DNA from: Clostridiales bacterium
GTDB taxonomy: Bacteria > Bacillota > Clostridia > Saccharofermentanales > Saccharofermentanaceae
Assembly: GCA_017427465.1 (NCBI GenBank)
Contig: JAFRST010000062.1
Span: forward strand, 703 to 64,702
Direction of reading: 5' to 3'
Length of the DNA stretch: 64,000 nt
A program made the translations under genes and the position numbers. Each line of letters opens with the position of its first letter. The stretch's first letter is position 1. The notes below the pieces were generated by a model, which ran no database searches, was not told where the DNA came from, and saw nothing but the letters and a program-made list of their open reading frames with translations. Below are positions 36,233 to 46,585 of the stretch, in pieces.

Positions 36233-37027
36233 ATGGATATTATTGATGAGAGGATAGATTCAGGCAAAGCTTTTGACTGGGGCAGGACCTCAGCCGAATA
36301 TGCGAGATTCAGAGATATCTACCCTGATAAGTTTTATCAGAAAATCGCTGACAGGGGCCTTTGCGTCAAGGGCCAGAAAGTCTTAGACCTCGGCACGGGC
36401 ACGGGCGTTCTGCCGCGCAACATGTATCACTATGGTGCCGACTGGGTAGGCACGGACATATCCCCCGAGCAGATAGAACAGGCCAGGTTACTGGCTTCAA
36501 AGGCAGGTATGAATATCGATTTCCAGGCGGTACCGGCCGAGCAGCTCGACTTCCCCAAAGGCACTTTCGATGTCATAACGGCGTGCCAGTGCTTCTGGTA
36601 CTTTGATCACGAGAAGGTGATGCCGGTGCTCGCAGACCTTTTGAAGCCCGGCGGAAAGATCGTGATCCTTTTCATGGCATGGCTCCCTTATGAAGACAAG
36701 ATAGCCGGCGAGAGTGAAAAACTCGTCCTGAAGTACAATCCGGTATGGTCCGGCGGCGGATGCACAAGAAAGCCCAACTGGGTACCCGACTGCGCGTATG
36801 AGTATTTCGAGATGGAAGATCATGAAGAATACGATCTGATGGTCCCTTTCACCAAGGAATCCTGGCACGGCAGGATGTTCGCCTGCAGAGGCGTGGGAGC
36901 ATCACTTTCACCTGAAGAGATCGCGAAGTGGGACAAAGAACACCGCGCCCTGCTTGACGCTATTGCGCCGGACAGCTTTGAAGTATTACACTATGCAGCG
37001 GTAACTGTGCTGCGCAAGAAAGACTGA
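36233..37027 (+). CDS. Class I SAM-dependent methyltransferase
   Basis: VLDLGTGTG; FDVITACQCFWYF. Confidence 0.9.
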   Translation: MDIIDERIDSGKAFDWGRTSAEYARFRDIYPDKFYQKIADRGLCVKGQKVLDLGTGTGVLPRNMYHYGADWVGTDISPEQIEQARLLASKAGMNIDFQAVPAEQLDFPKGTFDVITACQCFWYFDHEKVMPVLADLLKPGGKIVILFMAWLPYEDKIAGESEKLVLKYNPVWSGGGCTRKPNWVPDCAYEYFEMEDHEEYDLMVPFTKESWHGRMFACRGVGASLSPEEIAKWDKEHRALLDAIAPDSFEVLHYAAVTVLRKKD

Positions 37028-37051
37028 CACGGTTAATTCGGAGGTAGATTA

Positions 37052-38371
37052 ATGTTAGATGCGAAAAAGTTCATGACCGCGGTGCTTACCGGCATAATGC
37101 TCGTCTCTACATGCGGATGTTCATTTTCGAACAATCAGAAAAAGATAGATGAGATCGTCAGCGTCGCTGACACTTTCGCCAAGAGCGCCTGTTATCTCGA
37201 CAGCAATAAACTTCTCTCAACAGTCGGAGAAGTCAGCAATTCAAAGGCCGAAGAACTTAAATCGAAGCTTTCCATGACTGATCTGTCTTACGACGAATCA
37301 GTCGTAAAACTCGCGATTGCCGAGACCATGAGCTACGAAGTTAAGACTGAGACCGCACAGGTAGAGAAAAAGGAAGGCTCCGTTAATGTCGTCTTCACCA
37401 TTGACGATTACGAAGATGCCTTCGACGGCCTCGTAGGATATTCGGACGTTTTTGTAAAAGCAGTAAAAGCGAGAAAGAGCGTTAAGCAGTACACTGTTAC
37501 TCTTAATCTTTACAAGGGCGAAGACGGCTGGCTCATCACAGAAAGCAGCCTCGAAGGCCTTAATGAGCTCTATGCTTTCCTCGATTACGAGATAACTTTC
37601 TGCGCTGACACCAAGGATCTTTTTGACAGCTCAAAGTGGATGTACTGCACCGACGATAATTACGTTAATACTGACGTTATCGAGCTCGATATCTGGTTCG
37701 ATTCCGCCCCTGAAGAGAAGCTCTACTACACTGTCGGCAAAGACGGCGAGACTATTTACGCCAGCGAGCCTACTACATGCGGCACAAGCTTCAACGCCAT
37801 ATTCGATGTTGATTATCGCGGTGCTTCCAGGACGGGCGATTACTTAAGCGAAGGCGTTTATACCATTAAGCTGTTCGCGGTAAGAAAGACTGATGCCGTG
37901 ATCACAAGCGCAACAGTTACCGTGAGCATCTCTGATGAGATCGATCCGGATATACCGATGGAGACAAGCTACTATACGATCGAAGATGCTTCATTCGCTT
38001 CCATCGCCGATCTCGGCTGGTGGGACTACAACAGCACCATGATCGCCGACGACACTTACTGCGCCGACACCCAAACTCTCGCGTTCTCGATCCAGATCAA
38101 CGGCATCGGTCCCCAGCTTTATTACGCATACTACTACCTCGGCGAGAACGAAGGCAGCGGCACTCCCGATCTTGAAAACCCCGTATACGATTCCCAGATC
38201 GTCGTACAGAAATATAAGGACGGCACCGTCTACTACAACATGGATTACAGGCCCTCCGAGCTTAAGCCGGGCACTTACGCGATCTACATCGCAGCCGATG
38301 AGGACAGTCTCGAAACGCCTTTAATCACGGCGACCTGCATGGTCATCACGCAGACGAGCGCAGAGTTCTGA
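37052..38371 (+). CDS. Hypothetical lipoprotein
   Basis: Signal peptide ending TCGC; acidic extracellular domains. Confidence 0.8.
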   Translation: MLDAKKFMTAVLTGIMLVSTCGCSFSNNQKKIDEIVSVADTFAKSACYLDSNKLLSTVGEVSNSKAEELKSKLSMTDLSYDESVVKLAIAETMSYEVKTETAQVEKKEGSVNVVFTIDDYEDAFDGLVGYSDVFVKAVKARKSVKQYTVTLNLYKGEDGWLITESSLEGLNELYAFLDYEITFCADTKDLFDSSKWMYCTDDNYVNTDVIELDIWFDSAPEEKLYYTVGKDGETIYASEPTTCGTSFNAIFDVDYRGASRTGDYLSEGVYTIKLFAVRKTDAVITSATVTVSISDEIDPDIPMETSYYTIEDASFASIADLGWWDYNSTMIADDTYCADTQTLAFSIQINGIGPQLYYAYYYLGENEGSGTPDLENPVYDSQIVVQKYKDGTVYYNMDYRPSELKPGTYAIYIAADEDSLETPLITATCMVITQTSAEF

Positions 38372-38441
38372 TAACTTAATTGTTACGCTTTTCCGAGGCC
38401 TTCCCGCGTGGGTGGCCTTTTTTTGAGAGTATAATAGGCGC

Positions 38442-39356
38442 ATGAGACGAATCATAACCGAACAGGACAAGAAAATACTCGATAAATACAGCGATCATCT
38501 TATGACAAGGATGCCCGTTGCAAAGCGCATGCGCGCTGACCTCTTTAAAGCCGGTTACACTCAGATAAACGGGGGCACAGTAGTCATTGATAACGATGGC
38601 AATCCGCCTGAATATATTGAAGATGATCTGCTTGACGAACAAAGGCGCCCTTATAAGATACTTGTCCCTGAAGTATTGACGCCGTTACACTCCGGCACCA
38701 GACTTATCGTCATCATAAACGGCGACAATATTTATCTCTTGAAAAGAGAGAACGAACTTGAGAGTCTTGTCCCCGAAGAAGGACCGCAGCAGGCCTACAA
38801 AGACTCTCCTCATATCGGACACCAGAACCAGCTGAAGCATACTGACATGACCGTTCCTGACGGCGAAGTGCGGATTAGTAACTTCTTCAAGAACTACAAA
38901 AATATGGAAAGACACAGGAAGGATGCAATGCTCTTCGGAGCAGGCTTCTTCGGACTCCTGGGGTGGATCTTCATCGTGTTCGCGGCATACGGATACATCT
39001 TCCGCTTTACCACGCTCGGCGACGGATATTTTGCAGTCGGGCTTCCGCTCATTCCGATAATGACAATAGTTACGGTTGTCGTTGCAGACATCATGTACGG
39101 CAGAAAGATGAAGGAGAAATACAAGGGCCTCAAGAGCGTTACCAAAGTGATCCTTTTGTGTTCTCATCATGTATCCGGTCAGTCAAACCTGCGTGACTTC
39201 ATCGTGTGCGAGAAAAATGAAAACGGCGGCTTCGTGGCCCGCAGTTATGTCGGCACAAGCATGTTCGATGAGAGCGATGCTGCTACCATGTTGCCCGGGC
39301 AGATAATCTACAAGTATACTTACGGTAAAGACGAAGTATTTTTCGGAACAAAATAA
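38442..39356 (+). CDS. Hypothetical membrane protein (2 TM), leaderless
   Basis: TATAAT 6 nt before ATG; two hydrophobic helices. Confidence 0.78.
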   Translation: MRRIITEQDKKILDKYSDHLMTRMPVAKRMRADLFKAGYTQINGGTVVIDNDGNPPEYIEDDLLDEQRRPYKILVPEVLTPLHSGTRLIVIINGDNIYLLKRENELESLVPEEGPQQAYKDSPHIGHQNQLKHTDMTVPDGEVRISNFFKNYKNMERHRKDAMLFGAGFFGLLGWIFIVFAAYGYIFRFTTLGDGYFAVGLPLIPIMTIVTVVVADIMYGRKMKEKYKGLKSVTKVILLCSHHVSGQSNLRDFIVCEKNENGGFVARSYVGTSMFDESDAATMLPGQIIYKYTYGKDEVFFGTK

Positions 39357-39416
39357 GTCCTGCCGCCAAAACGGCATAATGCCATGCCAAATCAGATCAG
39401 GAAATCACCCGGCAAG

Positions 39417-42400
39417 TTATCTGTCTTCTTCGTAGCGGCGCTTTCTTGAGATCGTGAGAGTAAACACAAGACCTGCTGCCATTACAACGAGTATGCTCAG
39501 GCTGATGCTAAAGTCGGTCTCAAGACCTGTCGGGATCAGTCCATCGCGCGTGTTAACGAAGAGGACCCGGTTGTTATCGGCCGTATTGCCGGATACGGTT
39601 CCGTTCTCGCTCACGAGTACGCCGTCGAGATAGCCCTTGCTCTGATAGCCGTGGGCATCTTCGGTGATGGTGTATTTGGTGCCGTCATCAAGTCCCGTAA
39701 AGACTATCGTGTCACCATGTGCAAGGCCTAAAGTGATCACGCCCATATCAGCTGCTGAAAGAACGTGTTCTACGGGAGCTTCATTATTCTTCTTTGTATA
39801 GAAGGTTCCGATATAAGGCTGGTCTGTATCTGTCGTGAGAGTAATGGTCATCTGGAATTCTTCCGTCTTGTTTCCGAGATTACCTCTGACTTCCTTTGTG
39901 AGCATGAGATCGCCTTCAACAGGATCGTTGTAGATGAACAATGTGTAGACGACTTTGTCAGCCTGGATATCTTCATCGATCTCAACATCCGGATGAGTTC
40001 CGTTGAGCCTGATGTCACCGGTCTGTGTTACCGTGAACAATATGTAGTAATTAAGCTGCTGGTGCGTGCCGGGTGCGGAAACCTCTCTTAATTCATATGT
40101 GCCCGGAGCGAGCGTGGAATCGATTCCCGGAACTGTGCCGTCTGCGCCAGTCGTGAGGTGTTCATACCCGGGCATTGCCTGGAAGTCCACGACTGTAACG
40201 CCGCCAACGGTCTTCTGCTTGTGGAGCTCGAAAACAACTCCTTCGACAGGCTGATGCGTTACCTTGTCTCTCTTCGAGACGATGAAATCATAGCAGTTGT
40301 TCTTGATAGTGATCGAAGGATCCGTAGGACCTGCCTCATATGTAAATCTCGTCTCATCGATAGCGGCGGTTGAAGGATCAGCGGTTACCGTGATGGTTCC
40401 GTCATTTGCCATGTTTATGGTGAGAGGATTCTTAAGGCCCGCATGTCCTGCAGGTGACTTGATCTCGTTAAGGGTATAATCTACGCCCTTTCTCAGATAT
40501 GCGATGGTAACAAATCCGTCAGAATCAGACTCGAACGTGCCGATCATTGTCTGATTCTCTTCGTCGACCAGAGTGAATACGGCACCGGCGATCGGGTCGT
40601 TATTATTATCTACCTTATAAATAGTTATACCGTCACGAACGTTCCTGATGGTCTCAACACGCATGTTGTTGCTGATGAAAGTCGGGTTAGGATCGTAATT
40701 GACGTTATATGTGAACTGCGTGCTTGCGGAATCGCCCTTGAGTTTGCCGTTGAGCGTAATGGGATCGCCGTCAGCTACGGGAGTGATGGAACCGTAAGAA
40801 GTAACCTTGCCGTTGCCGTCGACGACGGGATTCGTCAGAATAACTTCTCTTACGTGATAGTTCTGAAGTGTTTCACCCTGCTCAAGTCTTTCGAAATACC
40901 AGTAAAGTGTATCCTTCCTGAATGCGAGCATGTAAATCGTATCATCAACCAGTTCTTCACCGTTTGCACCGTCCTTATAGATCGCGAAATAAGCGTTGTC
41001 GCGCTCTGATACGAACTTCTCGTCGGACCACTCCTTATATATTCTGATTCCGAAGCCCTTAAGGTTCTGAACCTCTACGTAAGGATCCTTATCCGTGAGG
41101 ATCGTGTTGACCGATTCTTCGTGCGAAGGTGTGTGGCGTGTGCTTGGATCACTGGAATCATCGTAAACGACATACTGATGTCTTGAGTATCCGTCAGGAA
41201 TCTCATTGTAGCGTTCTTCGATCTCGTATTGTGTTCCGGCCAGAAGCTCTCTGATCTCGACCGTATAGAATGCCGGGATCTTCGAGATGGAACCGTTCAT
41301 TGAAGTCGTGAAGCTTGCAGCTCTCTTCTCGCTGTCTGTCAGAGCAGAAAAATCAGTAACATTTGCTCTTACGGGAACAAATGACTGGTTTTCAGCATCC
41401 CATTTGCAATATACGCCGTCGGGATCCTTAACATGATACGTGTACATGTTGGCCAGCTTAAGTTCGCCTGCAGTCTCATGCTCGGTAGCCAGGTACAAAC
41501 GGAAGTTGAACTTCGTGTCGTCATCTCTTAACTCGTTTTCGAGAGTATTATCGTAAAGGACCTTCTTGAAAGTCAGTGTCCTGAGCGCAGATTCGTCTAC
41601 TTCGTTAACATACTTTACACTCGTGCGGTCCTTAGCAGACAATGCCGGAACGGCATAATCGAGTCTGCCGTCATAAGAAGGATCTGCGTTCTCAGGCTGT
41701 GCTCCGGTCAGTGTGTCCCCGTTGCATTTGACATTCAAATAAACGTTCGGATCAACGCCGCACTCCACGACATAGTACAGGATCGTCTCATCCGGGAGCT
41801 TGATCTCGGCAGATTCTCCGGGCTCCAAGAAATAAACATCTTCATACAGAATGCCGTCGATGTAGTATTCGTGCGCATACTTGACTTCCTTGTTGGTGCC
41901 TCTGTATACGACATTTATGAACTGATCGTGGTTCGTAAGTCTGCTGAATGAGTTCTCACCCTCTTTCTCGTACCAGATCTGGTAAGGGAACTCTGCATTG
42001 AACTTCTCGATATTGTCTACGCCCGTCAGCTCCTTACTGAGGATGACAGTGCCCGGCTTAACGGAAGACTGGTTGAAACGCATCTGGAGGTTGGATGCAC
42101 CGCCGCCGCGCTCCATGAAGAAGATCTTCATCTTGTGCGCGGTGTAATCTTTGAATACGTACTGCCCTGCCTCATTGGACTCGAAAATATCATCTACGTA
42201 AGCCTGTGCTTCCTCAGCTGTATGACCTCTGCCGATGTAGTTGTTATAGAAGATGTCACGCAGATTGTAAGTTACGATATCGCCCGGCTGGGGTGCTCCC
42301 GCACGGCCTCTCTCCTGTATCTTTACTTCACCGGTTGAATAGTTGATCGATCCGTACAGGGCGCTGTGCGTACCGCCCAAATCGATAACGAGTTCGTTGT

Positions 42401-45266
42401 CAACATAGAGCCAGAAGTCGTCGTCTCCCGTAAACTCGTAAATGATGTCGTGACCCCAGTCGTCAAGGCCGCTCGGTGTCTGTACGAACTGTGTCTCAAG
42501 CTCAACGCCGAACTGGTAGTTGGCGCTGTTCTTCGGAATTGAATACAGCTGCTCGTACTTACGCGGGTTCTCATCGGCGAGCTCTTCCTGGAGAGCGCTG
42601 TACATGTTGTAAGGACTGGTTGAAGATAACTTGGTCGGGTCGATATCATTGAACGGCATGAACTGACCATGCTGCAACGAAGGCTTCGTAGTATCTTCTA
42701 TCGTTGCAAGCTCCTGATATACGACAAAGTTGTTGTCGTCCTTAAGACTTGCGAAGTTCTGTGTGCTGTCATATACGAAATAACCTGAAGTATTGTATGT
42801 TGATTCAATAAACAGGTGATTTACCGTTCTGAGTCTGGCAGGATCGTAGAGTACGGAAAGCGGAGTGCCTGCATATGTACCCTGGGTTACATACGGATAA
42901 CCGTCAACCAGCTCTGTTGATAACAGACCCTGTGTAGGATTTGCGCCAAGTCCGCCGACCGTGCTGCCAAGGAATACGCTCTGTTCACTGTTCATCCAGT
43001 TCAGCTTCTGCGTGTTGAAGTCAATGATCTTCATGTTAATGCCATAAAGATTGTTATCGACTGTCTCGACCTCGTGAAGCGCTCCGTCGTATGTCGGCTC
43101 ATCGATGATCGCAAAGTAGAAATCAACGGATTCAGCTGCACTAACACCGTCAACATAAGGATAAGATACGATCTTCGGATGGTCAGGATCGCTCATATCC
43201 GTCTTGATTCCCGCATAAGCATAGTTCTTATCATCCCAGGCAACGATCGTAGTATAGTAATCACCTTCACGTCTGCCGTTAAGATTGATACCGGTTATGC
43301 TGTTACCCAAAGCCGTGGTGCTTCCCGCATCAGGTCTTATGTATTTTTCCGAATACTCGTTGTAGAGTTCATAGTAGTGGTTTTCGTTTTCGATCGTGTG
43401 CTCCTGGCCTTCATAGTAATAGACCGTGAGATCCCATAAGAGCGTGTTGATTCTGTCGCCGATCCACTTGATTTCGTCGCCCTCTTCGTAGCACTCCTGA
43501 AGCTCGCCCAAATGGTTTACAGCAAAGAATCTGTACTTCTTCTGATCGTTATCCCAAACACGCGTATAAACGATTACCTTCGATCCGTCCGTCAGGGACT
43601 CGTCAGATACGCTTATCTTCTTAGCTGAATAAGGCAAAATGTAATCGCTGGTCAATTCGGAAAGATCAACGAGATTTAGCCATTTATATGATGAGCTTGT
43701 TGAACTGCTTACCTTGTCAAATCCGACTTCGGGAACGCCGGAATACTCGATTGCGACATTGTCTGTTGTAAGTGATATCTTTCCTTCGTTGGTTCCCGTT
43801 CCAGGAACTACCGTTATCTCCTGAGGTGTGTCAGACATCGATACACCCGTTGAATTTATATTAAGGTACTTTGTCGTTCCGCCTATCTGGGCTGACAAAG
43901 TATATTTGTCTTTTCTAACCCAATTGAATGTCCACATCGTAAGATCGGTGTTGTTGGGTACGAATATCTTCTGCTGATGGTTGCTTTCCTGTGTCAGAAC
44001 AGGAAGATCAAGTTCAGCCAAAGTTCCTACATTGGCCGTATAACCCATCAGGCCTCTTCCTACAACTCCCGAGTTGTAGTAGATCAAACCCTTGGTTACA
44101 CCGTCAAGGTGATAAGGATCAACTATCTGGGTGCTGCTCTCATCGTACCAGAATGCAAGCTCGGCATTAGGATCGGTTGCGTTGTTATACGCTGCAAAAC
44201 CTTTACCGCCGGCGCCTCCCTGCTGGTTGATGTAGTATCCGCCCGTTCCTTCTGCTCTGAATTCATTTTCCTTATTCGGGAAATCCGAAAGGGTAAATAC
44301 CGTTGCCTGGCTTGAATCAGTAACAAGTGCCAGACTGTTACCTGACTGCTTGATATACTTCGTTACGCCGTCAACTACCGTATAGATACGGTACTGATCA
44401 TCCGTTCCCGCAGATTCGAAAACATAAGGAACTGCCAATGCCTGTGAATTAGTCTTCTGGATACCCGTTCTTGAACCGGAGATCGTGATCTGATTGCCGT
44501 TCATGTAGTAATTGCTGTTGGGATTTCCGATATAAACTTCAGAGCTGTGGGCGGCGAGTTCTTCTAAAGATTCTATCCTCTTCCAATTTGATGTGATCGT
44601 TGTTGATGAAGGTCCTTCAACGATCGCATATGCAGAGAAACCTTCTGCATAGAAACTTACTTCGGTTCCTTCGCCGTCAGATGCACCGCTGACCAAAGAA
44701 TTGCTGATAACCTTGGCTTCGGAATCGTCATTGATGTGAACGACACTTACGTCATCGTTAAGAGACTCAGCAAGTGTGATCTTGACGGATACTGAAGTGC
44801 CCTGGACAGGCTCAACTTCCACTCCGTCCTTCATGATGCAGATGTCAAATACTCTGATGCTGTTGATCTCAGTCTTGTCGAGAGCTTCAGAAGCTAAGCC
44901 GCAGTATTCATCGTAAACGTCGCCTCCCGGGATCTCACTTACAACGAGTGTACATCCGGAAGGTATTCCGGTCTCGGGTCCGTATGAAGCAGTTACAGAA
45001 TATGTATCGCCGTAATATTCGAGCGTTGTAATGCCCTGGGGCTCCGTGCTTCCGGCAACCTCTGTATCCGTTGTCTCTTCAGTCTCCGCATCCTGCGTGG
45101 CCTCTGTGTCATCAGCCATCTCGTCAGATATTATTTCCGATCCGATCATCTCATCAGTCTCTGCTTCGAAATCGAAAGGTTCGACAAACATGGCTCCGAG
45201 TGAACCGAAGAGGCTTGCCATAACGAGAACCAGTCCTATAAAGCGCTTGAATTTAGACATCCGCAT
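39417..45266 (-). CDS. Large pilus-associated adhesin with fibro-slime/PA14-like domain, SpaA-type Ig domains and IPTG sorting signal (start may be 45260)
   Basis: FTGDDDFWLYVDNELVIDLGGTH; YTLNEIKSPAG and YELREVSAPG; IPTG-TM-basic tail. Confidence 0.88.
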   Translation of the reverse strand: MRMSKFKRFIGLVLVMASLFGSLGAMFVEPFDFEAETDEMIGSEIISDEMADDTEATQDAETEETTDTEVAGSTEPQGITTLEYYGDTYSVTASYGPETGIPSGCTLVVSEIPGGDVYDEYCGLASEALDKTEINSIRVFDICIMKDGVEVEPVQGTSVSVKITLAESLNDDVSVVHINDDSEAKVISNSLVSGASDGEGTEVSFYAEGFSAYAIVEGPSSTTITSNWKRIESLEELAAHSSEVYIGNPNSNYYMNGNQITISGSRTGIQKTNSQALAVPYVFESAGTDDQYRIYTVVDGVTKYIKQSGNSLALVTDSSQATVFTLSDFPNKENEFRAEGTGGYYINQQGGAGGKGFAAYNNATDPNAELAFWYDESSTQIVDPYHLDGVTKGLIYYNSGVVGRGLMGYTANVGTLAELDLPVLTQESNHQQKIFVPNNTDLTMWTFNWVRKDKYTLSAQIGGTTKYLNINSTGVSMSDTPQEITVVPGTGTNEGKISLTTDNVAIEYSGVPEVGFDKVSSSTSSSYKWLNLVDLSELTSDYILPYSAKKISVSDESLTDGSKVIVYTRVWDNDQKKYRFFAVNHLGELQECYEEGDEIKWIGDRINTLLWDLTVYYYEGQEHTIENENHYYELYNEYSEKYIRPDAGSTTALGNSITGINLNGRREGDYYTTIVAWDDKNYAYAGIKTDMSDPDHPKIVSYPYVDGVSAAESVDFYFAIIDEPTYDGALHEVETVDNNLYGINMKIIDFNTQKLNWMNSEQSVFLGSTVGGLGANPTQGLLSTELVDGYPYVTQGTYAGTPLSVLYDPARLRTVNHLFIESTYNTSGYFVYDSTQNFASLKDDNNFVVYQELATIEDTTKPSLQHGQFMPFNDIDPTKLSSTSPYNMYSALQEELADENPRKYEQLYSIPKNSANYQFGVELETQFVQTPSGLDDWGHDIIYEFTGDDDFWLYVDNELVIDLGGTHSALYGSINYSTGEVKIQERGRAGAPQPGDIVTYNLRDIFYNNYIGRGHTAEEAQAYVDDIFESNEAGQYVFKDYTAHKMKIFFMERGGGASNLQMRFNQSSVKPGTVILSKELTGVDNIEKFNAEFPYQIWYEKEGENSFSRLTNHDQFINVVYRGTNKEVKYAHEYYIDGILYEDVYFLEPGESAEIKLPDETILYYVVECGVDPNVYLNVKCNGDTLTGAQPENADPSYDGRLDYAVPALSAKDRTSVKYVNEVDESALRTLTFKKVLYDNTLENELRDDDTKFNFRLYLATEHETAGELKLANMYTYHVKDPDGVYCKWDAENQSFVPVRANVTDFSALTDSEKRAASFTTSMNGSISKIPAFYTVEIRELLAGTQYEIEERYNEIPDGYSRHQYVVYDDSSDPSTRHTPSHEESVNTILTDKDPYVEVQNLKGFGIRIYKEWSDEKFVSERDNAYFAIYKDGANGEELVDDTIYMLAFRKDTLYWYFERLEQGETLQNYHVREVILTNPVVDGNGKVTSYGSITPVADGDPITLNGKLKGDSASTQFTYNVNYDPNPTFISNNMRVETIRNVRDGITIYKVDNNNDPIAGAVFTLVDEENQTMIGTFESDSDGFVTIAYLRKGVDYTLNEIKSPAGHAGLKNPLTINMANDGTITVTADPSTAAIDETRFTYEAGPTDPSITIKNNCYDFIVSKRDKVTHQPVEGVVFELHKQKTVGGVTVVDFQAMPGYEHLTTGADGTVPGIDSTLAPGTYELREVSAPGTHQQLNYYILFTVTQTGDIRLNGTHPDVEIDEDIQADKVVYTLFIYNDPVEGDLMLTKEVRGNLGNKTEEFQMTITLTTDTDQPYIGTFYTKKNNEAPVEHVLSAADMGVITLGLAHGDTIVFTGLDDGTKYTITEDAHGYQSKGYLDGVLVSENGTVSGNTADNNRVLFVNTRDGLIPTGLETDFSISLSILVVMAAGLVFTLTISRKRRYEEDR

Positions 45267-45840
45267 CCTCCTTCCTGCGTCTTAACGCCAGAATGAGGAT
45301 CGCACCGCCTGTAGCGAACGCTGCAAGAGCATAAAGCAAATAAGAGCTTGCCGATTCTCCGGTCGATACCATAGTTTTGACAGCTCTGTTTGCAAACGCA
45401 ACTTCCGTAGGCTTTATCATTCCGCCCTTGGACAGGATAACCTGATAATCAAGATTACCAGCGTCATCAGACGTAACAAACAGCGTTACGGTATAACTTG
45501 TGTCATCGTAGATGATCTTGGAATTTGTTCCGGCCTTCTCATAGATCCTGTATTGATATGTGCCGGGTTCATCGATCGTTATGGTAAAGAATCCGTCTCC
45601 CGAACCGTTGACCGTCTGCGTTAACGTGCCCGGTACAGGAGAAGCTTCATCGATCTTCTCTATAACGATCTCATAATCATTGGCCGTATTGGATTCAACT
45701 TTTGCACACGTGAACGGAACGATCGCTTCAATCTCAGGGTGCTTGAATTCCGCATCGACCCGGAAACCAAAGAAAAGGAGGACAGCGCACAGAGCTGCTG
45801 CCGCAGTCAGTAATTTTGACGCTGCACGGATCAACTTCAT
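45253..45840 (-). CDS. Minor/anchor pilin (Spy0128/Fct-like domain), VSTG sorting signal
   Basis: EPGTYQYRIYE..YDDTSYTV; TM plus RRRK tail. Confidence 0.8.
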   Translation of the reverse strand: MKLIRAASKLLTAAAALCAVLLFFGFRVDAEFKHPEIEAIVPFTCAKVESNTANDYEIVIEKIDEASPVPGTLTQTVNGSGDGFFTITIDEPGTYQYRIYEKAGTNSKIIYDDTSYTVTLFVTSDDAGNLDYQVILSKGGMIKPTEVAFANRAVKTMVSTGESASSYLLYALAAFATGGAILILALRRRKEDADV

Positions 45841-45859
45841 GGTCTGTCCTCCTTTCTCA

Positions 45860-46549
45860 TCAGTTTTCCAAAATATAGGCAAACACGACAGTTCTCGTAG
45901 AAGAAATATCGCCTGCGCAGGTGGAGAGACATAATATCCTGTCGTCTCTTACAAACCCTGCATTTTCGAGGAACTGTCTTAATTCCTCATAGTGTGTCGT
46001 ATCGAAAACCATTTCGTTCCTGGCGTCCGTCGACATCGCATAGAAAATTTCCAATCTGTACGTTTTTTCGCCGTTTCTTCCCACAATCAGGGTTCCTGTC
46101 CTGTGTGAAGAAAGGTATTGGTCATCAAGATAATCGTCGATTGCTCCGAACATCTTTCCGTATTCCATATGATGACCGTAGATTATGGAGTACGGGTCAG
46201 TGAAGTCCGAAGAGTTTCTGCTGTCGAGGAATATGCTTCCCGACAATGAATATTCACCGTAAGGATCCAGATTCAGGTACTGCGAATTGTCGTAGCCCTG
46301 CATGACCGGATAATCGATATTGGTATCATCAACAACGATCCAGCCGACCATGTCTGAAGTAATTGGAGAATCAATCTCGGCCGCATTTACGCTGTCCGGT
46401 CTGAATCTGCGGTACGAGTCATCGCTTGCGTGATCGTAAACATACCATGTGTCATACGCTGCATACATTACGATCAGAAGGATTACGACAAAGACCACCA
46501 TAATGATCTTCTCGTATACGATATTCATGATTTTCCAGAATTTCTTCAT
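45860..46549 (-). CDS. srtB: Class B sortase
   Basis: IDYPVMQG, GSIFLD, IIYGHHM, LSTC, R. Confidence 0.92.
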   Translation of the reverse strand: MKKFWKIMNIVYEKIIMVVFVVILLIVMYAAYDTWYVYDHASDDSYRRFRPDSVNAAEIDSPITSDMVGWIVVDDTNIDYPVMQGYDNSQYLNLDPYGEYSLSGSIFLDSRNSSDFTDPYSIIYGHHMEYGKMFGAIDDYLDDQYLSSHRTGTLIVGRNGEKTYRLEIFYAMSTDARNEMVFDTTHYEELRQFLENAGFVRDDRILCLSTCAGDISSTRTVVFAYILEN

Positions 46550-46585
46550 CCAGATGCCTTCTAACCAACGTGATAATCCTTAAGC

